The notes beneath the pieces are model-generated. The model did not search any database. It was not told the origin of the DNA and worked only from the letters and a program-made list of their open reading frames with translations. DNA of 64,000 nucleotides from Squalus acanthias (taxonomy: Eukaryota). Positions within the stretch are counted from its first letter, which is position 1, and each line of letters begins with the position of its first letter. A program made the position numbers and the translations under genes. Positions 35,569-45,141 of this stretch are shown one piece after another. Where the stretch lies: assembly GCA_030390025.1 (NCBI GenBank), contig CM059431.1:101868001-101932000 (forward strand). Reading direction: 5' to 3'.

Positions 35569-37465
35569 GAGTCAAGATAGGAAGAGATAAGTTCCGTGGG
35601 GCAAGAACAGGCTGAAACGATGGGTCTACCGGGGCAGTCCTGTTTGTGGATCTTGGGAAGGAGGTCGAAGCGGGCTGTGCGGGGTTGGCGGCCATGGAGG
35701 GAAGATCTCCAGAGGAGATGAGGTCATGTGGAATGTGGAACTCACTACCACAGGGTGTGGTTGAGGCGAACAGAATAGATTAATTTAAGGGGAAACTAGA
35801 TAAACACACGAGGGGGAAAGGAATAGAAGGATATGTTGATAGGGTGAGATGAAGAGTTGTGGGAGGAGGCTGATGTGGAGCATAAACACCGGCACGGACC
35901 AGTTGGGCCGAATGGCCTGTTTCTGTGCTGTAAAATTCTGTGTAAAGCTAACTGTGCCTCCTTAACTGGAGAGCTGCCTCTCCGGCAGGTTACAGACTGT
36001 GCTGCTTGAGATAAAAGCGTGAATTGTTTAACTCAGTTTCTGCTTAATGCGCAGTTCTTGTGTATTGCACACTGTGGTCCGATTGCGGCAATAGATAAGG
36101 GCGATAAACTGTTCCCACAGAATCCACTCTGGAATAATTGCACATAAAACTGTAAGTCCCTTCTTCAAATTGTATTGCACAATTTCAGAGCAAATGAAAT
36201 GGATTTCTCTGGGAACTGATTTATAAGCAAAAGTGTCGACGACTAGAAAACAAAAGAAATGTTAAACACCTTTGAAAATGATTGAGGTAAAATCATTCTG
36301 GAAATATTTAAAGCATTCGGTTTATTTTTAAAAAGCACGTGAAAAGTGAAATGATAACTTTAATTGCAATATGTACATGAAATAGGGTTAATTTTTTTCT
36401 CTGTACAAACGATTTGCTTTCGAATCCCAGTCTCTTAAACAATTTAAAAATAGGCTGCGTACTCAGTGCACATAAAACGTTTAACCCTGGAGCAGGTCTC
36501 TATTTATTACACACACAGATCTTTTTATTATTATTTTAGTGGTATTTTTGGACATTGCCCAGAAATGTTCCTGCAAATCCTTCACTAGTTAATGAACTTC
36601 ATGAACTCCCGGCAGAGATATTTTCTGAAAGCACATCCATCTCCTCCTTTTAAGACTCTCCTCAAGTCTACCTTTTTTGACCAAGCTTTCGGTCACCCCT
36701 CCGAAATAGTGGCCACGGGATCTTTTACCGAGAGCGCAGACGGGGCCTCGGTTTAACGTCTCATCCGAAAGACGACACCTCCGACAGTGCAGCACTTCCC
36801 TCAGCACTGCACTGGGAGGGTGAGGTCACTGGATTACGTGCTTGAGTCTCTGGCGTGGGACGTGAACCCACAACCTTCTGGCCTGGAGGTGAGAGTGCTT
36901 CCCACTGAACCACGACTGTTAACGTAGCCTCAGTGAGGCCTCAGAATGCCTCAATCGAATGGTGCAATTGCTTTTCACCTTCACAACCTAATTTGTAGAA
37001 GCACAAAGGAAATTCCTTGCGTGATGGACCTCTTCAAAGGGCAAAAGGTTTCGTTTGGAGGCTTTTTTTTTTGCAACTTTTATTGTGCTGTGTGGTTTTC
37101 ACACAGATTTTTTTTTAAATTATTAATAATATATAGCGTCTGAGATGATTTTACTTTTACTTACAATGGGACGTTTGGTTCTAAATGACCCAATAATAAA
37201 AATCAATTATCACCTGCTAAGCCAACGCAAAACCAGTGAGGCCTTTATAAGGTTTTAGCAGAACAGGAGCAGATGGCAAAAATGGAGGGTATATGAAAAG
37301 GTGTTCGTCCGCCACCACCTCTCAGAGGAGCTCAATTATCTAGCCAGAACCTGCAGAACCCCAATACCACACGGCAAGTGATGGCAAAGTTACTCTGTAC
37401 CTGTGTAAGCGGCACAATGGATCAGAAAGTTTACTCCGTTACCTTAACCTCCAGGGCACAGGTCT

Positions 37466-37835
37466 TTCTCTCCCTCTCCATTCTGTCTCGCTCGCTCCCT
37501 TTCTCTCTTCCTCGCTCTCTCTTTCCCTCTCCCTCTCTCTCCCTCTCCATTCTCTCTCTCCCTCTCCCCTCTCTCGCCCTCTATCTCTCTCTCCTTCTAC
37601 CTATCCATATCTCTCTCTCCTCCCTCTATCTCTCTCGCCCTCTCTTTCTCTCCCTCCACCTCTCCATTCTCTTTGCCCTCTCCCTTTCCCTCTCTTTCTC
37701 TCTCTCCCTCTCCATTCTCTTTCTCCCTCTCCCTCTCCATTCTCTCTCCTTCTCTCCCTCTCCATTCTCTCTCTCCCTCTCTTTATCTTCTCTCTTTCTT
37801 CTCCCTTTCTCTTCTCTCTTTCTCTTCTCTCTCTT
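37466..37835. repeat. (CT)-rich polypyrimidine tract
   Basis: About 370 bp of almost only C/T, with a recurring CTCTCCATTCT. Confidence 0.95.
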
Positions 37836-38514
37836 GTTTTTCAAAATCTGTTTACAAGCCCTTAAATGTAGTAGCTGTCTCTGTGCATCAATAGTTAGCA
37901 TAGCGACACTCTTCACCTTCACCTGTTGTTCCCCCTCCCTCCCTTCTTTGTTTCGGTCAGTCCTATCAAGGGGTTTCTCTGCCCTCTTGCATCAGTTGTG
38001 TCTGAGGGTGTCCAACCAAGACATTAACCATATATTTTCTCTTTCAGACGCAGACAGAGCTGCTGTTTATTTCTAGCATCTTCCCTCAGGATGATTGTGA
38101 ACCCCATGATGTCACGAATAAACTGGGCTTTTTGTTGTTGAATCAACTTGCGAGCCGAAATGAGATGGCGAACCCCACAAGAGTGAGTCATGGACAAATG
38201 GAACTCACCCAAATAACCAGTGGGAGTCTGAACACTTAACGTACAATAAATGGCTTTTGCTTTTCAAAGCCTTTCGGAATTCATGAGCCAAATAATATAA
38301 CTTGAAAACTGAGAGAAAAGCCACCAGCAAATCCCCATGATTAAGATGCGTTACAAAAATACCTGAACTCCTCCATGAGTAATTAAGTGGATTAGAGATG
38401 CGTGTAAAAGTTGATGGAAATGTTTGTGCATGCTCACTGCCCTTCGAAGTGAATTGTCTTGCTGTGTGCTGCCAAATGAAATCTCCTCCCCTTAGGGCAG
38501 GCAGACCTGCACAA

Positions 38515-38709
38515 TGTCAGGTGAACTTTTATGGATGTCAATGTACACTCGCGTCAAGCTGAGTGGGAGAACAATCTTGGTCATCTGACTGATTAGAAAT
38601 GGGCCACGTTCAAGGTCTGAACTTTAAAGATTGATCCCAAACCTCTGATCAATCTCTTTTCAAGTTTAGGTTTCCAGAGAGGAGCAGGCCACCTCAACCG
38701 GCAAGCAGA
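38515..38709 (+). promoter_or_regulatory. SLC15A1: Putative SLC15A1 proximal promoter / 5' UTR
   Basis: Directly upstream of the inferred ATG; TGAACTTT (HNF4-like) at 38522 and 38618, TTTTATGG (Cdx-like) at 38527, 9-bp inverted repeat AGATTGATC/GATCAATCT at 38628-38655; motif-level evidence only. Confidence 0.4.
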
Positions 38710-38716
38710 ATGACAG
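38710..38716 (+). CDS. SLC15A1: SLC15A1 (PepT1) coding part of exon 1 (ATG ACA G)
   Basis: ATGACAG|GTTGGT, phase 1; joins the 38926 exon to give MTDEEKK..., resembling fish PepT1 N-termini. Confidence 0.65.
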
Positions 38717-38925
38717 GTTGGTGACTTCATTTTACCATCGAAATTCTCTCCAATTCAAATCGATCTGGCTTATTCAAATTTAGCATCGGACAGAACTGAG
38801 CAATCAGTCAGTCAAATATTTAGTCAAATCGCTCACAAACCCATTATTGTTACTGCTACCACGAAAGTCAGCCTGCAAAATGTTAAAAGTCCTCATTTTC
38901 TTTTTGTTTTCAAACTGTTCTACAG

Positions 38926-38963
38926 ATGAAGAGAAGAAAAATGATGAACAGACTAAGTCATTG
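38926..38963 (+). CDS. SLC15A1: SLC15A1 exon 2
   Basis: Strong pyrimidine tract plus ctacAG|AT; (D)EEKKNDEQTKSL|GTTGGT; ends in phase 0 as exon 3 requires. Confidence 0.75.
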
Positions 38964-39931
38964 GTTGGTGATTTTTTTTTTCTTTTCAATTTATTTCATT
39001 TTCAACGTCGAACGCTTTGCTTCTTTTTGCAGGGTGCCCTGAGAACTAATTGTATCATTCGCATTTCGCCAGCTTAGAGCTAAGGAACTAGTTGTTCTGC
39101 TTTAAATCTGCCACAGAAATATTCCAGTTGTGAGTTTTTCTTAGTTGCTGGCGGTGAGAAGGTTCTCTTGTCAATAATTTTACTGCATGACATCTTTTTC
39201 AAAAAAAAATATTCATGGGATTTCACCCTCTAGCTGTTTACAGACTATGTACTTGCGAGGTATACTTTTACTCACGGGACTGATGGTGCAGCTATTTATG
39301 TCTTTCACTGACCCCTTGTTGTTCTAGGAGTCCAGAGTATGGCACTAAGCTCTAATTATTTTGTCAAGGTTACTTTTAATATTGCTTTTCGCTGTTACTT
39401 AACATGGCTATAGTGCAATCTCCACCAAGACTCTGTTGGTGGGACTCTGATTAAAGTTCACACAGAAATATGTGTGTTTTAAACAGGTGGAGACGGCCTT
39501 GTCTCAACTTTCCGCTCTGGAAACTGTACCTTAGCCATTAGTAAGCATATCAGTGTTAGGCAGCCAGTTGCCCATTTATTTATTTTGCTAACATTATTAT
39601 CGAGGCTTCAAGTGAAGAACCAGAAGATAAAGGTTTAACATTAACAAGCCTGAAGAAAGACCAGATCTTTTCCCCACTGGTGCCAAACCTGCCACATGAA
39701 AGAGGGTCCCAGTGAAACTACAGTCCCATCACTTACAGCGGGCGTGTTCGTGCCAACGAGATTTGCCTTCTTTACATGATGGCCAGTATAGCTTTCTGAT
39801 TTTATAAAATTACTGCCTTTATGTATCGACTTTTGTAATGGTCAAACGTTTTTAATGGAGCTATGGAGTTTTATGATAGGAGAGCTTTTCGATGACTGAA
39901 CTGTCACTGGGTATGGATCACTGTCACCTGA

Positions 39932-40343
39932 GGTAGCGCTGTGGGTAATGGGGTAGCGCTGTGGGTAATGGGGTAGCGCTGTGGGTAATGGGGTAGCGCT
40001 GTGGGTAATGGGGTAGCGCTGTGGGTAATGGGGTAGCACTGTGGGTAATGGGGTAGCGCTGTGGGTAATGGGGTAGCGCTGTGGGTAATGGGGTAGCGCT
40101 GTGGGTAATGGGGTAGCGCTGTGGGTAATGGGGTAGCGCTGTGGGTAATGGGGTAGCGCTGTGGGTAATGGGGTAGCGCTGTGGGTAATGGGGTAGCGCT
40201 GTGGGTAATGGGGTAGCGCTGTGGGTAATGGGGTAACGCTGTGGGTAATGGGGTAGCGCTGTGGGTAATGGGGTAGCGCTGTGGGTAATGGGGTAGCGCT
40301 GTGGGTAATGGGGTAGCGCTGTGGGTAATGGGGTAGCGCTGTG
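39932..40343. repeat. 20-bp minisatellite GTGGGTAATGGGGTAGCGCT, about 20.5 copies
   Basis: Near-perfect array with only two variant units. Confidence 0.98.
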
Positions 40344-40402
40344 ACAGTACTTCCTTTTAATCTGAGTTTGGTTTGGAGAGTTACTCTTTGTTTTCCCTAT
40401 TA

Positions 40403-40848
40403 AAGAAAGACTTGCATTTCTATAGCACCTTTCATGACCTCAGGATGTCCCAAAGCGCTTTGCGGCCAATTAAGTACTTTTTTAAAAATGTGGTCGCTGT
40501 TGTAATGCAGGAAATGCGGCAGCCAATTTGCGCACAGCAAGCTCCCACAAACAGCGATGTGATAATGACCAGATAATCTGTTTTTAGTGATGTCGGTTGA
40601 GGGATAAATATTGGCCCCAGGACACCGGGGAGAACTCCCCCACTCGTCTTCAAAATAGTGGCCCTGGGATCTTTTACATCCACCTGAGAGGGCAGACGGT
40701 GGCCTCGGTTTAACATCTCATCCGAAAGATGGCACCTCTGACAGCGCAGCGCTCCCTCAGCCTGGATTTTGTGCTCAAGTCTCTGGAGCGGGATTTGAAA
40801 CACGACTTTTTTTGATTCAGTGATACGAGTGCTACCCACTGAGCCACA
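40403..40848 (-). mobile_element. Deu-domain SINE
   Basis: Same family; further partial copies at about 36704-36915, 41020-41097, 61646-61950 and 62334-62722. Confidence 0.85.
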
Positions 40849-41864
40849 GGATTGATAGCATTAAAATGTGAATAAGAGACCGATAGTCACACATGCAGAG
40901 GCTGAAGATTAATCTGCTTCACAGATCATCCTGCTGTGTACAAACCTACTGTGAATTTTGCTTAGCTTATCATTTAAATTAGTGATCAGGACAAAGGTGC
41001 CGTCCCACTGAATGCCAGCGGAGGCTCAGTGGGTCGCACTCTCACCTCTGAAATCAGAAGGTTGTGGGTTCAAGTCCCACTCCATGAGACTTTGAGCTTG
41101 TCAGACACCGACTATAATGATATTGACTAAGTCAAAAACATACTAAGACTTAGTAAAGATTTGTCTGCATTGGGGATTCATTTATATAGCTTCACTCTTG
41201 ATGTGTAGCTTAAGGGGTGATCTAATTGAGGTGTTTTAGAGGAGTTGTTAGGGTAGATAGAGAGAAACTATTTCCTCTGGTGGGGGGGAGTCCAGACCAA
41301 GGGGGCATCACCTTAAAATTAGAGCCAGGCCGTTCAGGGGTGATGTCAGGAAACACTTCTTCACACAAAGGGTGGTGGAAATCTGGAACTCTCTCCCCCT
41401 CAAGAAAAGCTGTTGAGGCTGGGGGTCAATTGAAAGTTTCAAAACTGAGGTTGATAGATTTTTGTTAGGCAAGAGTATTAAGTGTTAGGAACCAAGGCAG
41501 GTGGATGGAGTTAAGATACAGATCAGCCATGATCTCATTGAATGGCGGAACAGGCTCAAGGAGCTGAATGGCCTCCTCCTGTTCCTGTGCAAAGTATCGC
41601 CCGCTGCACTGTGAAGTGAGAATTTGAAGGAAATAATTTGTAAATTAAGACATCGACTATCAATGGTAGTAGTCAGATAGATGTGTACAATCATTTTTAT
41701 AAATGAATGGTATTGGTATACTTTACCAAGTTGCAGTCCTTATTACCACAGAGAGAGTGTTCGATGTTAATAGCAATAATTTCTGTTCAATGTCATTATT
41801 ATACGTACTCCACCTGGTTCCACAAAAATAGTTCTGGCAGTGACAGGCCTGGGCTCACGCCTCA

Positions 41865-42262
41865 CCCCCCACCTCATCATCCCCCCATCCACATCTCCAT
41901 CATCCCAATCCCCCATCATCCCAATCCCCATCCCCCAATCCCCAATTCCTATCCCGCATCCCCTATCATCCCCCCATCATCCCAATCCCCATCCCCCAAT
42001 CCCCAATTCCCATCCCGCATCCCCTATCATCCCCCCATCATCCCCAATCCCCAGCCCAATCATCCCATCATCCCCAATCCCCATCCCCCAATCCCCAATT
42101 CCCATCCCGCATCCCCCATCATCCCCCCATCATTCCAATCCCCATCCCCCAATCACCATCCCGCATCCCCCCATCCCCAATCCTATTCCCCCATCCCCAT
42201 CATTCCAATCCCCATCCCCCATCCCTCCATCATCCTCATCCCCCATCATCCCATCCCCCAAC
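41865..42262. repeat. CCCCAT/CCCAAT-rich degenerate repeat
   Basis: Directly visible; G-rich on the minus strand. Confidence 0.92.
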
Positions 42263-42341
42263 ACCCAGACCCCTGAGTTCCCATCTATGGTTTCAGCAGC
42301 TGTTTTGCACATCTGGTTTACATTATGGAGTGGGAACTCCA

Positions 42342-42800
42342 GGTGTCAGCTGTGGCTCAGTGGGTAGCGCTCTTGCCTCTGAGTCAGAAGGTTGTGGGTT
42401 CAAGTCCCACTCCAGAGACTGAAGCACATAAAGCTAGGCTGACACTCCCAGTGCAGTGCTGAGGGAGTGTCACGCTGTCGGAGGTGCCGTCTTTCGGAGG
42501 AGATGTTAAACCAAGGCCCTGTCTGCTCTCTCAGGTGGACGTAAGAGATCCCAAGGTACTATTTCAAAAAAGAGCAGGGGAGTTCTCCCTGGTGTCCTGG
42601 CCAATATTCAGCCCTCGCTTAAAAAAAAATTATCTGGTCATTATCACATTGCTGTTTGTGGGATCTTGCTGTGTACATGTTGGCTGCTGTGTTTCCCTAC
42701 ATTACAACAGTAACTACACTTCGAAAGTACATCACTGGCTGTAAAGCGCTTTGAGATGTCTTGAGGTTGTGAAAGGCTCTATAGAAATGCAAGTCTTTCT
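42342..42800 (+). mobile_element. Full-length tRNA-derived Deu-domain SINE (SacSINE1-like)
   Basis: Pol III A box TGGCTCAGTGGG and B box GGTTCAAGTCC, Deu-like core (CTTTCGGA.GAGA.GTTAAACC...GGTGTCCTGGCCAA), L2-like tail. Confidence 0.85.
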
Positions 42801-43201
42801 TTTTTTGTTTCCAGCTAGGTGTCTGTCAGTATAGCATTTAAGAAATAGGAGCTGGAGTCGGCCATTTGGCCCTACGAGCCTGCTCCGCCATTCAATAAGA
42901 TCATGGCTGATCTTTGAACTCAACTTCCAACTTTCCTGCACTATCCCTAAATCCCTTGATTCTCTTAGGATCCAAAAATCTATCGATCTCTGTCTTGAAT
43001 ATACTCAATGACTGAGCATCCACAGCCCTCTGGGGTAGAGAATTCCAAAGATTCAGAACCCTGAGTGAAGAAATTTCTCCTCATCTCAGTTCTAAATGGC
43101 TGACCCCTTATTCTGATGCGGAGATGCCGGCGTTGGACTGGGGAGGACAAAAATGAGAAGTCGCACAACACCAGGTTATAGTCCAACAGTTTTATTTGAA
43201 A

Positions 43202-43239
43202 TTACGAGCTTTCGGAGCTGCTGCCCCTTCGTCAGGTAA
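43202..43239 (-). ncRNA. Minimal type I hammerhead ribozyme motif
   Basis: Minus strand ttac-CTGACGA-a-ggggc-agca-gctcc-GAAA-gc-TC-gtaa (one G-U pair in stem II). Confidence 0.78.
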
Positions 43240-43335
43240 AGGTACAGTGAGGGAATCTATTACACAGATTGTATCTCTGCAGACACATTGTTCTCTGTGT
43301 ATATATACTGTGTAATCGATTCCCTCACTGTACCT

Positions 43336-43373
43336 TTACCTGAAGAAGGAGCAGCAGCTCCGAAAGCTCGTAA
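43336..43373 (+). ncRNA. Minimal type I hammerhead ribozyme motif (sense strand, SLC15A1 intron 2)
   Basis: ttac-CTGAAGA-a-ggagc-agca-gctcc-GAAA-gc-TC-gtaa. Confidence 0.8.
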
Positions 43374-43645
43374 TTTTAAATAAAACTGTTGGACTATAAC
43401 CTGGCGTTGTGCGACTTCTCACCCTTATTCTGAGACTGTGATCCCTGGTTCTAGACTCCCCAGCCAGGGAAAACATCTGCCCTGTCAAGCCCCTTAAGAA
43501 TTTTATGTTTCAATGAGATCACCTCTCATTCTTCTAAACTCTAGGGAATATAGGCCTAGTCTACTCAATCTGTCCTCATGGGACAATCCCCCCATCCCAG
43601 GAACCAGTCTGGTGAACCTTTGTTGCACTCCCTCTATGGCAAGTA

Positions 43646-44009
43646 CAGGAAACTCTTTATTAACCGGCACCCAAATATCCGGAAATCTCTCTTAACCGGC
43701 AAAATTCTTGAGTAGGTAACCGGGGTTTTCCTTCATCTCTCGTTTAAAATTAACTTTAAAAAAAACCCCGAGGCGTTTGCCTTGTATCGGAGCGTGTAGA
43801 TTGGGAGGGGAATGTGCAGCCCGGGTAGGCAGCGGACACGACAGATGGTCAGCTGGCGGTCTCCGGTGAGACGGAGCTCCGAATGCAGGCGCATGTCAGT
43901 GTGTACGGGGCTCTCGTACGTTGGGAGATATAACTCTCCGTTATCCGGACTTTTTGATTAACCGGCACCACGCTGGTCCCGTCGGTGCCGGTTAATAAAG
44001 AGTTTCCTG
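43646..44009. mobile_element. Tc1/mariner (pogo/Tigger-like) MITE
   Basis: Perfect 26-bp TIR CAGGAAACTCTTTATTAACCGGCACC, TA duplication on both sides, no ORF, inserted in a CR1 fragment. Confidence 0.92.
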
Positions 44010-44344
44010 TATATCTTTCCTTAGGTAAGGAGGCCAAAACTGTACACAATACTCCAGGTGTGGTCTCACCAGGGCCCTATAGAATTGCAGTAAGACCTCT
44101 TTACATCTGTGCAACAAAAATTAATTTGTACAATACACATAAGAACTAGTTGTCCATCAAGATATACAAGAAGCAAACATGTAGGTTATACAGCTGCAAA
44201 ATCAAGGATTCTATTTTGGACAGGTAGCTACATATTATTATCTAGTTCTTTATTACAGACAGAGTACGTCTAGTTTTACAGGACCTTGCTTATTTTGATA
44301 AAGATCAGATGTCATTTGCCTGTTTTTCTTTTGTTTTCTCGCAG

Positions 44345-44429
44345 CCGAGTTGCTTCGGATACCCTGTCAGCATCTTCTTCATTGTGGTCAATGAATTCTG
44401 TGAAAGATTTTCCTACTATGGAATGCGAG
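44345..44429 (+). CDS. SLC15A1: SLC15A1 exon 3 (POT-family ExxERFxYY motif)
   Basis: cgcAG|CCG...CGAG|GTACTT; PSCFGYPVSIFFIVVNEFCERFSYYGMR. Confidence 0.97.
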
Positions 44430-44666
44430 GTACTTTCAATTTTGTAAGCGAAGGATTGTTACCCTGAATTCCACATAACCTTGAGCGCTACAAGGAAATT
44501 GGTGTCTCTCAGTCCTCCCTTGTTGCTAAGCTCTATGGGGTTGAGAAAATATTTGGTGTAGTGTTTGCTCACGGAACAGTGAAGATGCTGCCTGTAATCC
44601 TTTATCCTAATTCATAACTGAGAAGTCGCACAACACCAGGTTATAGTCCAACAGTTTTATTTGAAA

Positions 44667-44703
44667 TTACGAGCTTTTGGAGCTCTGCTCCTTCTTCAGG
44701 TAA
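44667..44703 (-). ncRNA. Hammerhead motif with a mutated core (GAAA>AAAA)
   Basis: Identical to 44792-44828 except the catalytic G12 is A, consistent with CpG deamination. Confidence 0.7.
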
Positions 44704-44791
44704 AGTGAGGGAATACAAATCGATTACACAGTATATATAAAAATGAGAAGTCGCACAACACCAGGTTATAGTCCAACAGTTTTATTTGAAA

Positions 44792-44828
44792 TTACGAGCT
44801 TTCGGAGCTCTGCTCCTTCTTCAGGTAA
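44792..44828 (-). ncRNA. Minimal type I hammerhead ribozyme motif (intact member of the tandem pair)
   Basis: Minus strand ttac-CTGAAGA-a-ggagc-aga-gctcc-GAAA-gc-TC-gtaa. Confidence 0.8.
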
Positions 44829-45141
44829 AGTGAGGGAATACAAATCGATTACACAGTATATATAGACAGAGAACAATGTGTCTGCAGAGATACAATCTGT
44901 CAGGGAGGCATTACATCAAAGACACATCAGAGTACAGCTAAGACAATGAGGTGGGGTCACAGGGGGTCCAACGTGTCAAATACTGCCGTCTGCAGTTAGG
45001 CTTTTAACTTTTTTTTATAAAAACTGGAAAAACAGACAACGATGTCGAGTCACGTTCTGTAGCGTGACATGAACCCGATTCATAACGTGATTGAAGATGA
45101 GCTTCCACACAAAATCTTCCCAACGAGCCTCTGACCAGCGA

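Larger units (their letters stand above)
28701..35730 (-). mobile_element. Penelope-like retroelement (RT + GIY-YIG, Neptune-like Cys linker), 5'-truncated and interrupted by CR1 and Gypsy insertions
   Basis: 35569-35726 encodes LLPKIHKQDCPGRPIVS, continuing at 31234 into RT (MDVQSLYT, GVAMG, FRYIDD) and linker CKHRRCNTC; GIY-YIG (YCIRC..YIGET.R.L..R..EH) at 29056-29349; flanked by duplicated GAATGTGGAA (28691-28700 and 35731-35740). Confidence 0.9.
28525..35945 (+). mobile_element. Host CR1 3' fragment split into 28525-28700 and 35731-35945
   Basis: MKGFDRLDVAKMFPLVGE...FFTQR..RMW stops at 28700 and resumes as WNSLPQG plus CR1 3' UTR at 35731. Confidence 0.85.
43117..43421 (-). mobile_element. 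Miniature non-coding Penelope-derived fold-back insertion
   Basis: 114-bp inverted arms 43154-43267 and 43308-43421, homologous to the termini of the 23137-24501 element; 12-bp TSD CCCTTATTCTGA (43105-43116 and 43422-43433). Confidence 0.9.
42840..44103 (-). mobile_element. CR1 fragment hosting the Penelope fold-back and the TA-MITE
   Basis: CR1 sequence is continuous once 43117-43421 and 43646-44009 are removed. Confidence 0.88.
44619..45077 (-). mobile_element. Penelope-derived 3' fragment with a direct tandem terminal repeat (125-bp period)
   Basis: Units start at 44619 and 44744; the second continues into sequence homologous to 23290-23490; 9-bp TSD ATTCATAAC (44610-44618 and 45078-45086). 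Confidence 0.9.

Noticed and set aside
37378..38076. 232-aa Leu/Ser-rich ORF resembling a membrane protein
   Set aside because: Translation of the CT-rich tract; low complexity and no exon logic.
41707..42367. Pro/Ile/His-rich ORFs (extensin-like)
   Set aside because: Products of the CCCCAT/CCCAAT repeat, open in several frames.
42342..42420. tRNA gene
   Set aside because: The A and B boxes belong to a SINE head that continues into Deu core and LINE-like tail, present in many copies in the window.
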